From assembly GCA_031418035.1 (NCBI GenBank), contig JANOWU010000306.1, positions 1 through 59,494 of the forward strand: DNA of 59,494 nucleotides. The letters are read 5' to 3'. Numbering within the stretch: position 1 is the first letter of the stretch; each line of letters begins with the position of its first letter. The stretch is from Acidimicrobiia bacterium (GTDB lineage: Bacteria > Actinomycetota > Acidimicrobiia > Acidimicrobiales > JANYDT01). Position numbers and translations under genes: made by a program. The notes beneath the pieces were generated by a model. It had not been told where the DNA came from. It did not search any database and was given only the letters and a program-made list of their open reading frames with translations. Below, piece by piece: positions 27,377-37,013 of this stretch.

Positions 27377-30300
27377 CTACGCCGCCGCCTTTGGCGGGGA
27401 AATCTTGACCGTTGTCGCCTTGGTTCGACCCATGACCTCGCTGCGATACATCTCCTCGACCTGGGCCGGAGGTGCCACGAAGGTACCCGGTGCCGTGGCC
27501 CGGGCGACGTAGGTGTAGACGAACGAACCCGGTTCGAGCCACGTGGCAAACAGCAGCACACGATCGTCGCGAATCTCGGTGTGATCGACGCCAGCCTGCC
27601 ACGGCGACCTCGGAGCCGCGCTGGGCTCACCGTCAGAATCTTCGCCTCGCAACTCTTCCGACGAGGTCGTGGTCAGCTGGGCATTCAACGCCTCGAACCC
27701 GGCAGGCAACAAGTCTTCAATGGCCACGTTCGAACGTTGTTGCGGCGACGACACCCGCAGGGTTACCCGGACAAGATCACCGGCGGCGAAGGACGTCGCC
27801 GATGCCGACGATGCCGACGATCGGCCCGTCGGCTTCTTCACACTCTCGGCGGCACGAGCGGCGACGGGGTCGAACAGCGCGTAGGAGCGTTCGATGGTGA
27901 AGCCCTGATCGATAGCGAGCAGACGTTGAGCCGGAACCGCGTACCGTAAGCGCGCTGACCAGTTCAGCGAACCGGTACCGATCGCTTTCACCACGAAGTC
28001 CTTGCCGGCCGCTGCGGCGTCTTTGATGGGAGTGGAATTCGAACGCACCTCAAGCGATCGCCCGTTGAACGACTGGTCGACCAACGTCTTCGTGCCGAGG
28101 GTGATGACCGTGGCGAGCTTCGGTGCCTGCGCTTCCGTTGTGGACGCAACCTGCACCAGTGCGTCGAGCGCTTCGCCGCTCTCCAGCGTATTCCCCCACG
28201 TGCCGCGGGTCCGAGCCCCAACAAGCCACGTTGCCATCTTCGGGATCAGCGGATGCTTCGCGTCGACTCTGCTCAGCAACGACAGGAGCAGCGACGTGTC
28301 ACGAACCGATCGGCCCGATGTGCTCGAAACCAAATACGACAGACCGGGCGAGCCGTCATAGTCGAGCCCAGATTGTACGAATGCGCGGTCGTTTTCGATA
28401 CGCACCGATGCGAGCAAATCGGAGAACAGCGTGGTGGTCCGGTCGCTGACCTCGCCGGCTTCGAGCATGGCGCGAAGCAGGTACACCTGTTCTTCGAAGG
28501 GCAGCTGGTAGCGGTCCGTATAGAGCGCGTCGACCGAGGCCGTCTCCGGCTTCCCTTCCCGGGCGAGCACGTACGCCACGAGGGCACGAACGGGACCGAG
28601 GTCATACCCTTCCTCGGAAGCGAACTCATCGTCGCTGGCGACGAAGCCGACGCTCGCCTGGAGTGATTTCGTAAGCCCACGAATCATTCCCGCCGGCACG
28701 CTTATCTTTGCCGCTTTCGCATCACGAAGTAGCACAAGCGTACGTGCGCTGAGGTACGGATCCACCGCATCGGTGCCGGGCCAGTACGAAAGGCCCCCAA
28801 CGGACGTCTGGAACGGTCGAAGCAGGCGCAGCTCGCGAGCCACGACCGACTTCAGATTTTTCGGAACGCCGGGAAGAGCGAACTGTTCGTCGAGTTGGGC
28901 CAGCTTCAACAGCACGCGGATCCGCGAGGTCCGCTGCTCCAGACACCCGTACGGATACTCGACAAGATCTCTGATCGAGTTCTGCAACCCGGCAAGACTC
29001 GATGTCGAAACCGAAACATCGAGCCCCCCGAGTCCGGGAAGGGCATCGGGCGGCGTCGAGACTCGTTCGGTCGGAGAAACACTTCCGGCCGAGGTTGCCG
29101 CGACCGTTCCGCTCGTTGCGACAACCGCAAGTCGTTGGGTGACGGTCACGGGGAATGAGCCGGCGACCTTGTCGGAGGTCTCGCCGGACGTCGCTCCGTT
29201 GACGCCGCCGGAGAACACGAGGTTTCCCCGGCCAGTCTTGGTGGCACGGAACGGAAAGCGAACTTCGACCGGTTTGTCGCTCACCGACGCGACCGTGATC
29301 TCGGCTGGACCGCTCAGCGCCAGACTGTCGTCGGAAAGTGCCACTCGCACTGTTACCGGCCCGGTCGTGCCCGTTCGATTGAATACCACGACGCCGGCCT
29401 CGAACGTGTCGCCCACGTTCACGAATCTCGGCAACGCCGGTTGCAGCATCAACGGCTTACGAACTTCGACCGTGGACTTCGCGACGCCGAACTGGTCGAC
29501 ATCGGACGCCGCGACGGCAATGATTCGATAGGCCGTCAGCGACTCCGGGAGCTTCACGTCGACCGACGCTTTTCCGGACGACGGCACGTCGACCGCACCG
29601 GCCCATACGGCCAGGGTACGGAAGTCCTTGCGAATTCCCTCGCCGACTGCTGAGCTTCCCCCACCGCCGCCGTCGACGACATCTCCGCCACTTTCGTCGC
29701 CCTTGTCATCGTCCGATATCGACTGAAGGCGCATACGGGAGTCGGCGGTGTTCACCTGGAGCTGACGCTCCGAATAAAAGGTGCTCAACAGGTCTGGTTC
29801 GGTATAGCCGGTGAGACGTAACACGCCTTCGTCGACCGCCCAAAGCGTCACCTCAGCAGGCGAAGCAACATCCTTCGCATCCTTGATCTCCACATCGACC
29901 TTGGTGCTTTCGCCGGGAAGGAACGACGATTGCGACGTCGATGCCTTGACCTGCAACGTGCGGGTCGTCGGTGGAACCGAGAGAGACTCGGTCACCGATA
30001 AGACCTGTGGCTTGCCGTTTGCGATGGCTCGCTGTTTCGGGTCCTTGGGCAATGCACCGAACAACGTCACCGTCACGTAAATATTCGGTGCCGATGCTTT
30101 GTCGATGGGCACTTCTACGGTGCTCGCCGACGACGGAAGTGAGATGCGCTTGGACGCGACAACTCCTGCGCGCTCGATCGTCAACATGCCCTCGGCCTTC
30201 TCCCAAGGTGACTTGACCAGGATCACTGCGCGATCGCCGGGTTGATATGAGGTCTTATCGGTTACGAGGGACACCGTCGGTTCTTCACCGGCGCCTTCCC

Positions 30301-33300
30301 ATGCCTGATAGCCCGGCCCCGAAGCGTAAAGCGTCGTGCCCGATTCGACCCAGTTTCCACGAGGGTCGGCTCCGTAGACACGAATTTCGTAGTATCCCGA
30401 TTTCGGCGGGAGGAGGTTCACCGAAACAGGTTTCGCTTGGGTCGTGATCGGTTGGGTCGTGATCGTCTTCACCTCGCGAGTACCGATCTCGGAAACGGAA
30501 CCGTCTTCGTTTTGACGATTGACGTACTTCCATTCCCAGAGGATGAGTTCGACGGTTGCCTTCTTGCCGACGACCGGCGTACCGTCGGGCTTCACCGACA
30601 CGATGTCGACCTTCATTGGCTTGTTCGCCTCGGCCACACCTTTAGTGCGAACCCCGAAGTAGTACTCCCCCGGGTGCACCGTAATGCTTGTCCGGTCGGA
30701 GAAGGCCTGACGGCTGACGTCCTTCACCGTGGACTCGACCTCGATTTCATATGCGCGCGAACGAGCCTTGCTGATCGGGACCTGCTTCGAAATCGACACG
30801 TGTCCGACGTTGTCGAGTGTGGAATCGTTGGTGACGAACACTTCCCCGGAAAGATTCTCTCCGCAGGGAGACAACTCACTGTCGACGCACACGAAATCGA
30901 AGGTGAAGTCCGATAGTTCGCGCTGTGTGATTCGCGGACCGGTGCCGTACGTCCAGCGAGCGGTCAACGACGCGTCGGCACCGGCCATGGGCGCACCGAA
31001 CAGGTATCGGCCATCGGCGTCGGCACGCAGTCGATCACCGCGCACGACCTCCGGCGTCGTCGGCGTCACGTCGACGACGAAGTCCGGTTTGCGATAGGCC
31101 GCCACCAGCATCGACGTTGAGGCGGGTCCCGCGGTGACGTAGTAAGTACCCTGCGCGCCCGACAGAGGAATCTTCACGGTCGTTTCGAACGAGCCCCGAT
31201 CGCTGAGCTCCACGTTCTTCTTCGCGATCATGAGGCCCTGCGGATCGGTCACCTGCAACTCCAACGTGGCACCCTTCGCAGGAAACGCGAGGCCCGCCGG
31301 TGTCTCCGTGCGCATGACCCCTTTGAGGTGGGCCTCCTCTCCTAACTTGTACACGCCCCGCTCGGCGAACAGCGACCCGTTGCGCAGTTCGCCACGTTCG
31401 ATCGGCCATTCGCGATCTAACGGTGTCTTCTTCACGACATCTGCGTTGTCGTCCTCGTAGTACGGCGCATCGTCGCCCCACGAACGCCACCGCGACTGGG
31501 CATAGGCCAGGTCTCCCTTGGTTTCGACCACCGCGACCACCTCACAGACCTCGCAGTCCTTCAAGGTTTTACCGGGAGCGGTCACGAAGCCGTCGGCGGA
31601 CGTCTTCCCAACGAAGAACGCCTTGCTACTTGCACCGGCGTAGAGCCGGACGGTTGCCCCCGAAACGGCGCGACCCGAGTCAAGTGCGGTCACGGCGACG
31701 AACACGTTGGCCGGCGACGACTTCAGCGTGATTCCGAGGTTCGTTCGTTGCACGAGCGCGCTCCCCCACCCGAACCCGTCGACACCGGTACCTTCGCCTG
31801 CCTTCGTGGCTGCCACGCTTCGCCGATTCAACTCGGCGGAGTCTGCTTTCGTCCACGGCTCACCGTCACGGTTGAAGCGGCTGTTGACGCGGTAGGTGCG
31901 TGGACGCGCCGCGACCAGATACACGCCGGTCTCACCCTTCTTTCCTGCGGGCAGGACCTGGTTCACGTCGGTATCGGCGGCCCCATTCAGTTTCGTGACG
32001 ATTGCGGCTTCCTTGTTCAGGTCCAACGGCTTCGCCTTCGGAAAGCCGGCGTAGGAACGAACGACGTCGACGATGTCGTCGGCGGTGAGCTTGCGCTCCA
32101 CGCGATCGACCTCCATCACGTTGCGCGATCGAAGCCGCACGCCCGCCGAATCGATGGCAAGGATTCGCTCGCCCGACCGAACGTTGGCATAGCCGTCGAA
32201 TCGCCCGAACGACACCGTCGTGATCGACTTGTACCCGAGCGCGAGTCCTGAACTCGAATCGATCACATCGGGATCGATTTCGATTTGATAGGTATGCATA
32301 GGTTCGAGGGATGCCCATCGAAGTTCGAGCGGTGACTCCCATGAGGATGAAATGGTTCCTCCGTCGAGATTTTCGAAAGGCGCATATATTTGAACGGGTT
32401 TCGTGACACCCGCCGTGATGTCTTTTACTCGGACCTTGCCGTCCGCCGAATCGGGCCTGGGACTGAACCCGATGCTCACCAGGCTCCATGACTGAGAAGG
32501 GTTGCAGCCGACCCGACAACCGCGGGTCACGATCAACGGCGTGCGAAACGTCGGGAGTCGCCCAGAGCGTTGTGCCTTGGAAAGCACGGAGCCTTCGTTG
32601 CTCTTGATCCCTGCACCGAATTCGAGGCGGGCCACACCGTCGAGCGGGGTTTGCGTGACGGACAACCGGTAGCAGAGATCGACGGAGCTGTCGGAACACG
32701 GTGTGGGATTGGGGGACAGCAGCCTCGGCGAAATCGACGCGAGAACCTCTGGTCGAGCGGATGCGCTGGCAAGGTACTTCGTGAGTGTGGCAACTCCTGT
32801 TGCGTTCGCCGCACGCATCAGGCCGAGGTCGTTCGTGCTCGGTTCGTAGCGTTTCGCGGAAACGTTGACCCTGCGAACCACGACCTTCGTCATCGACGCC
32901 ATCGACGCAGCATCGATGGGTTGGTCGCAGTACACGAGAAAGTTCGGACCTTCCATTCCTCGCGACTCACACGAAACGGTGGGCGTCGTGAAAGCCAACA
33001 CGTGCGGGCTGGTCATCGTCGTGCCATCGAGCGCCTTCAACCCGGCGAGTGTCGCTTGGATCTTCGTCGAACGGGGCAACGCCCTCAACGGCGTGAAGAT
33101 CAACATGCGTGTCGAGGCCCACCGAAACGATCCGGCCACGGGCGGTTGAATCGAAACGTACGACGCCGGATCGAGGCCCCGATCTTCGGCTGTCAGGTCG
33201 ACGACGGGCCGATCGAAAAGCCATCTCAGCTCGGTGGAATCGCCGAGCGTACGCAACTCTCCCGTCGGCGACGCAAAGACCACGGTCAGCGCCGCGTTCT

Positions 33301-33463
33301 GTTTGGGCGCAGCGAGGCGCTCATAGCTCGCCGACGGACGCGTTGTCACGGGAGCCTTCCCCGTCGTCGACGTGGCCCGAGCCGTCGGATTGGAAAACGG
33401 CAGGAGCACCCATGCGGTCAACAGCGCGGGGCCAACAACACAAACAGACTTCCAACGACGCAT
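27377..33463 (-). CDS. Bacterial alpha-2-macroglobulin (MG2 domain protein)
   Basis: 2028 aa with ERGVYKLGE, AVDEGVL, Gly-rich bait region then IRKDF, YPYGCLEQ thioester motif, WGNTLES, DLLPAGFE and EEMY. Confidence 0.95.
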   Translation of the reverse strand: MRRWKSVCVVGPALLTAWVLLPFSNPTARATSTTGKAPVTTRPSASYERLAAPKQNAALTVVFASPTGELRTLGDSTELRWLFDRPVVDLTAEDRGLDPASYVSIQPPVAGSFRWASTRMLIFTPLRALPRSTKIQATLAGLKALDGTTMTSPHVLAFTTPTVSCESRGMEGPNFLVYCDQPIDAASMASMTKVVVRRVNVSAKRYEPSTNDLGLMRAANATGVATLTKYLASASARPEVLASISPRLLSPNPTPCSDSSVDLCYRLSVTQTPLDGVARLEFGAGIKSNEGSVLSKAQRSGRLPTFRTPLIVTRGCRVGCNPSQSWSLVSIGFSPRPDSADGKVRVKDITAGVTKPVQIYAPFENLDGGTISSSWESPLELRWASLEPMHTYQIEIDPDVIDSSSGLALGYKSITTVSFGRFDGYANVRSGERILAIDSAGVRLRSRNVMEVDRVERKLTADDIVDVVRSYAGFPKAKPLDLNKEAAIVTKLNGAADTDVNQVLPAGKKGETGVYLVAARPRTYRVNSRFNRDGEPWTKADSAELNRRSVAATKAGEGTGVDGFGWGSALVQRTNLGITLKSSPANVFVAVTALDSGRAVSGATVRLYAGASSKAFFVGKTSADGFVTAPGKTLKDCEVCEVVAVVETKGDLAYAQSRWRSWGDDAPYYEDDNADVVKKTPLDREWPIERGELRNGSLFAERGVYKLGEEAHLKGVMRTETPAGLAFPAKGATLELQVTDPQGLMIAKKNVELSDRGSFETTVKIPLSGAQGTYYVTAGPASTSMLVAAYRKPDFVVDVTPTTPEVVRGDRLRADADGRYLFGAPMAGADASLTARWTYGTGPRITQRELSDFTFDFVCVDSELSPCGENLSGEVFVTNDSTLDNVGHVSISKQVPISKARSRAYEIEVESTVKDVSRQAFSDRTSITVHPGEYYFGVRTKGVAEANKPMKVDIVSVKPDGTPVVGKKATVELILWEWKYVNRQNEDGSVSEIGTREVKTITTQPITTQAKPVSVNLLPPKSGYYEIRVYGADPRGNWVESGTTLYASGPGYQAWEGAGEEPTVSLVTDKTSYQPGDRAVILVKSPWEKAEGMLTIERAGVVASKRISLPSSASTVEVPIDKASAPNIYVTVTLFGALPKDPKQRAIANGKPQVLSVTESLSVPPTTRTLQVKASTSQSSFLPGESTKVDVEIKDAKDVASPAEVTLWAVDEGVLRLTGYTEPDLLSTFYSERQLQVNTADSRMRLQSISDDDKGDESGGDVVDGGGGGSSAVGEGIRKDFRTLAVWAGAVDVPSSGKASVDVKLPESLTAYRIIAVAASDVDQFGVAKSTVEVRKPLMLQPALPRFVNVGDTFEAGVVVFNRTGTTGPVTVRVALSDDSLALSGPAEITVASVSDKPVEVRFPFRATKTGRGNLVFSGGVNGATSGETSDKVAGSFPVTVTQRLAVVATSGTVAATSAGSVSPTERVSTPPDALPGLGGLDVSVSTSSLAGLQNSIRDLVEYPYGCLEQRTSRIRVLLKLAQLDEQFALPGVPKNLKSVVARELRLLRPFQTSVGGLSYWPGTDAVDPYLSARTLVLLRDAKAAKISVPAGMIRGLTKSLQASVGFVASDDEFASEEGYDLGPVRALVAYVLAREGKPETASVDALYTDRYQLPFEEQVYLLRAMLEAGEVSDRTTTLFSDLLASVRIENDRAFVQSGLDYDGSPGLSYLVSSTSGRSVRDTSLLLSLLSRVDAKHPLIPKMATWLVGARTRGTWGNTLESGEALDALVQVASTTEAQAPKLATVITLGTKTLVDQSFNGRSLEVRSNSTPIKDAAAAGKDFVVKAIGTGSLNWSARLRYAVPAQRLLAIDQGFTIERSYALFDPVAARAAESVKKPTGRSSASSASATSFAAGDLVRVTLRVSSPQQRSNVAIEDLLPAGFEALNAQLTTTSSEELRGEDSDGEPSAAPRSPWQAGVDHTEIRDDRVLLFATWLEPGSFVYTYVARATAPGTFVAPPAQVEEMYRSEVMGRTKATTVKISPPKAAA

Positions 33464-33497
33464 GATTTCTCCTCGGCCCTGAGCGTTTCTCTCAGGC

Positions 33498-33525
33498 CTG
33501 AGGATTTTGTCAGGAAGTTGTGAGG
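33498..33525 (-). promoter_or_regulatory. Three direct repeats at 11-bp period (OmpR/MprA-like box) upstream of the A2M operon
   Basis: Minus strand reads CCTCAC-AACTT-CCTGAC-AAAAT-CCTCAG. Confidence 0.45.
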
Positions 33526-33565
33526 CTTTCGGTGCATCCCGTGTTCGCGGCGCGCAGAATTCGGC

Positions 33566-34189
33566 TCAGCTGGCCCAGTGGGTCGGCAAAAGTGAGCGCA
33601 CCGCGGCACGAACGCATTCGACCGTTTGTGGGACCGAGAGTTCATCGACGTCGATGACGATATCTGCGGCCTCGGCGTAGAGATTTGCCCGTTCGAGGAC
33701 CAGAGTCTTGATTCGAGCGGCGGGATCGCCGGCCAGCATCGGTCTCCCGGCCCCGGTTCCATTGCGCGCCACAAGCGTCTCAACACTCGCCCGGAGCCAT
33801 ACGACGATCGAGTGTTCGCGCAGCAGGCGGCGGTTCTCGGCCCGAAGCACTATGCCACCGCCGGCCGAAATCACTTCACCCGACGTTGCGCCGAGAACGG
33901 CTTCCAGCACCGATGACTCGGCATCACGAAACCAAAGTTCGCCGTTTGCGTTGAACATGTCCGAAATGGACATTGCATGGGTCGACACCAATCGTGCATC
34001 GAGATCGACGACGGAGCGATCGAGCTGCGACGCCAAAAGTCGGCCTACGGTGGTCTTCCCGCAACCCATCATGCCGATGAGTGCAACATGGCGTTCCATG
34101 CCGCCATGCGTTTCATCGCGGGGTGCGCAGGGGCTCGCTCGATCGACCGCATGCGCCACGTCGTCGTCTGCGGCGCGAGTGTCGCTCAC
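33566..34189 (-). CDS. aroK: Shikimate kinase (alternative start at 34099)
   Basis: LIGMMGCGKTTVG, GELWFRDAE, SAGGG and RPML motifs. Confidence 0.95.
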   Translation of the reverse strand: MSDTRAADDDVAHAVDRASPCAPRDETHGGMERHVALIGMMGCGKTTVGRLLASQLDRSVVDLDARLVSTHAMSISDMFNANGELWFRDAESSVLEAVLGATSGEVISAGGGIVLRAENRRLLREHSIVVWLRASVETLVARNGTGAGRPMLAGDPAARIKTLVLERANLYAEAADIVIDVDELSVPQTVECVRAAVRSLLPTHWAS

Positions 34190-35340
34190 GTCAGGGAGGC
34201 GTTAAACGCGGCAAAATTCCGCACGAACTCGGCGACGGAATCACCGCCGAACTTGCGGGTGGCCTCGTTGGCCAGCACCAACGCCGTCATTGTCTCGGCA
34301 ACAACACCGAGAGCTGGCACGGCAGTGACGTCGGTTCGCTCTTTGAACGACACCGTCGCTTCCTTCGTTGCCATGTCGACCGTGGCCAGCGTCGGCCGGT
34401 TCAGGGTGGCAAGAGGCTTCATGGCGACGCGGGCCACCAAGAGCTCACCGGTCGACATACCACCCTCGGTTCCGCCGGCCAAGGTGGTTTCGCGACGATA
34501 TTCGTTGGTGGTTGCGTCCCACAGAATCGGATCGTGCGCAGCGCTGCCTCGGCGACCGGCAACTTCGAAACCATCGCCGATCTCGACACCCTTGACCGCC
34601 TGGATGCTCATCAGCGACGCCGCCAGCAGCGCATCGAGCTTGCGGTCCCAGTGCACGTGACTTCCCAACCCGATCGGCACGCCATAGCCGAGCACTTCGA
34701 CAATTCCGCCGAGTGAGTCGCCGTCTTTGGCCGCGGCTTTGATCTCTTCGATCATTTCCGCTTCGGCCGCCGCGTCGAAGCACCGGACATCAGAGCCATC
34801 CACACGGTCCAGATCTGCCGGGGTCGGACGCGCCAACGATTTCGAACGCGCCGGGCCCATCTGAATCACGTGGGAAATGATCTGCGTTCCAATGGTCGCC
34901 AGCAGCGACTTGGCGAGCGTTCCCGCGGCACACCGCGCTGCGGTTTCACGAGCGCTTGCGCGCTCCAACACGTCGCGAGCGTCGACGAAACCGTACTTCT
35001 GCATACCCGTCAGATCGGCGTGACCGGGCCGAGGTTGGGTGAGCGGTTTCTCCGTTTGACCGGGAGCCGGGCTCATCTCCTGGGTCCACTTCGGCCATTC
35101 CGTGTTCGCAATGTGGATGCTCACGGGAGAGCCGAGCGTGCGGCCATGACGCACCCCACCCATCAGCGTTACCTCGTCTTGTTCGAAGCGCATCCGGGGG
35201 CCACGGCCGAACCCGAGTCGCCGACGTCCAAGCTCCGCTTGAATCTCTTCGACGGTAACGGCGAGGCCTGCGGGGAGCCCTTCGACGATGACGGTCAGGG
35301 CCTGTCCGTGGGATTCGCCGGCGGTGAGGTAGCGCAACAC
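34186..35340 (-). CDS. aroC: Chorismate synthase
   Basis: TAGESHG, PRPGHAD, ERASARETA and AMKPLATL motifs. Confidence 0.99.
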   Translation of the reverse strand: MLRYLTAGESHGQALTVIVEGLPAGLAVTVEEIQAELGRRRLGFGRGPRMRFEQDEVTLMGGVRHGRTLGSPVSIHIANTEWPKWTQEMSPAPGQTEKPLTQPRPGHADLTGMQKYGFVDARDVLERASARETAARCAAGTLAKSLLATIGTQIISHVIQMGPARSKSLARPTPADLDRVDGSDVRCFDAAAEAEMIEEIKAAAKDGDSLGGIVEVLGYGVPIGLGSHVHWDRKLDALLAASLMSIQAVKGVEIGDGFEVAGRRGSAAHDPILWDATTNEYRRETTLAGGTEGGMSTGELLVARVAMKPLATLNRPTLATVDMATKEATVSFKERTDVTAVPALGVVAETMTALVLANEATRKFGGDSVAEFVRNFAAFNASLT

Positions 35341-35356
35341 GACGAGGAGTCTACGC

Positions 35357-36139
35357 CTAGCGAGGTACGAATCCGTTCGCCAGCGACGGCCAAAGGGACA
35401 CGAGAAGCGTTCCTACGGCGAGATAGGGCCCAAACGCGATTGCCGTCTTGAGGCCCGCTTTGCGAAGAGCCATGAACACGAGCCCACCCAGGGAGCCGAG
35501 GGCAAACCCGGCGAACATGCCGATCACGAGCTGACGCCAACCGAGCCAGCCGAGGAACATACCGAGAAAGAGGCTGAGGCGGGCATCGCCCTGACCCATC
35601 CCCTGGGGGGAAATGAGATGCAGAATCCAGATGAACGCGAACGCGCCGAGGCCCCCGATCAACATCCACTGAAATCGATCGAGTTGCCCCTCCATGACCG
35701 CAATGACCGCAAATACGCACAATGCGGCACCAGCCGCGGGATACACCAACTTGGTCGAAATGAGGTGCAGACGAGCGTCGACCAGAACGACCGCCACCGT
35801 GATGAACCCCAGGAGCAGATACGCCGGCAGCCACAGCGGCTTTTCGACGCGCCAGCCCACCACGAACCCCATGGCCACGGTGGCCAGCTCCGACCAGGCT
35901 GCCCACGCAGGCACCGGATGCTTGCAGGAGGGGCAGGTGCCACGAAGCACCGATCGGTTCACGAACAGTCCGATGCGCGTCGGACGAAGACGCCGGTGAC
36001 ACGTCCGACACGCCGCGAGCAGCTCCGACTCGTCGAACGGTTCGAGAAGTCGCGGCGCACGGACCTCCTGCGCAATGAACGAACACACGACAGCGCCGAC
36101 ACCCGCTCCGACCAGAGCTCGAAGAAAAGCAAGAACCAC
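35357..36139 (-). CDS. A24 family prepilin peptidase
   Basis: Two CxxC motifs, VLVD, GMGQGD and IAFGPYL; multi-TM. Confidence 0.9.
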   Translation of the reverse strand: MVLAFLRALVGAGVGAVVCSFIAQEVRAPRLLEPFDESELLAACRTCHRRLRPTRIGLFVNRSVLRGTCPSCKHPVPAWAAWSELATVAMGFVVGWRVEKPLWLPAYLLLGFITVAVVLVDARLHLISTKLVYPAAGAALCVFAVIAVMEGQLDRFQWMLIGGLGAFAFIWILHLISPQGMGQGDARLSLFLGMFLGWLGWRQLVIGMFAGFALGSLGGLVFMALRKAGLKTAIAFGPYLAVGTLLVSLWPSLANGFVPR

Positions 36140-36146
36140 GAACGAA

Positions 36147-37013
36147 CTACCCCTCGGGATTCGTCGGGAGCACCGCCGCGCGTCGGTCAAGCTCAGCATT
36201 CGCAGCATCACGCATGACCGCGATAGGCGCCACCTCGCCCGTCCACAGCAGAATTTGCTGTGCCGCTTGATGAATCAACATCCCGAGACCATCGACCGGA
36301 ATCGCGCCCGCCTGAAGAGCCGCTCGCAGAAGGGGGGTTTCCATCGGGTTGTAGATCAAGTCGTTGACGAATTGTCCTTTGCGAAGGCGTGTTGGATCGA
36401 GCGGCAAAGACGCATCGTTTCCCATTCCCTGCGACGTCGCGTTGATAACCAGGTCCATGTCACTCACGGCGTCGAGCACGCCGATCGACGCGTTCGCGCC
36501 ACCCAACGCCACCGCATGTTCGCCACGTTGTCGAGTCCGGTTCACCACCACCACTCGCGCGCCGGCCCGACACAGGGCAAGAACGACACCGCGGCCCGCG
36601 CCGCCCGCGCCGATCACCATGCACTTCTTCCCGACGGGGTCGAACCCCGCCTCGTGAAGCGCGTTGACGCAACCGATGCCGTCGGTGGACTCCGCTCTGA
36701 TCCGGCCGCCGTTGTTGATGAGGGTATTGGCCGCGCCGAGCAGGTGCGCATCCTCGGAGCATTCGTCGGCCGCCTTCAGCACCGCCTCTTTGTGCGGCAT
36801 CGTCACCGACAACCCGCGAAGCCCCAGTGCGCGACACGACGCCACCGCGAGGTCACCGCTCCCCGTCGCCACCGGGAAGGCCACGTACACCGCGTCCAGA
36901 CCAATCGCCTCATAGGCCGCGTTGTGGATCGCCGGGGAAAGCGAATGGCGTACTGGATCACCGATTACCCCAACCACTGTCGTTGCGCCAGTGATTGCCC
37001 GTGTCGAGGTCAC
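36147..37013 (-). CDS. aroE: Shikimate dehydrogenase
   Basis: HSLSPAIHN, SVTMPHK, GAGGAG, NATSQGM and GLGMLIHQA motifs. Confidence 0.97.
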   Translation of the reverse strand: MTSTRAITGATTVVGVIGDPVRHSLSPAIHNAAYEAIGLDAVYVAFPVATGSGDLAVASCRALGLRGLSVTMPHKEAVLKAADECSEDAHLLGAANTLINNGGRIRAESTDGIGCVNALHEAGFDPVGKKCMVIGAGGAGRGVVLALCRAGARVVVVNRTRQRGEHAVALGGANASIGVLDAVSDMDLVINATSQGMGNDASLPLDPTRLRKGQFVNDLIYNPMETPLLRAALQAGAIPVDGLGMLIHQAAQQILLWTGEVAPIAVMRDAANAELDRRAAVLPTNPEG

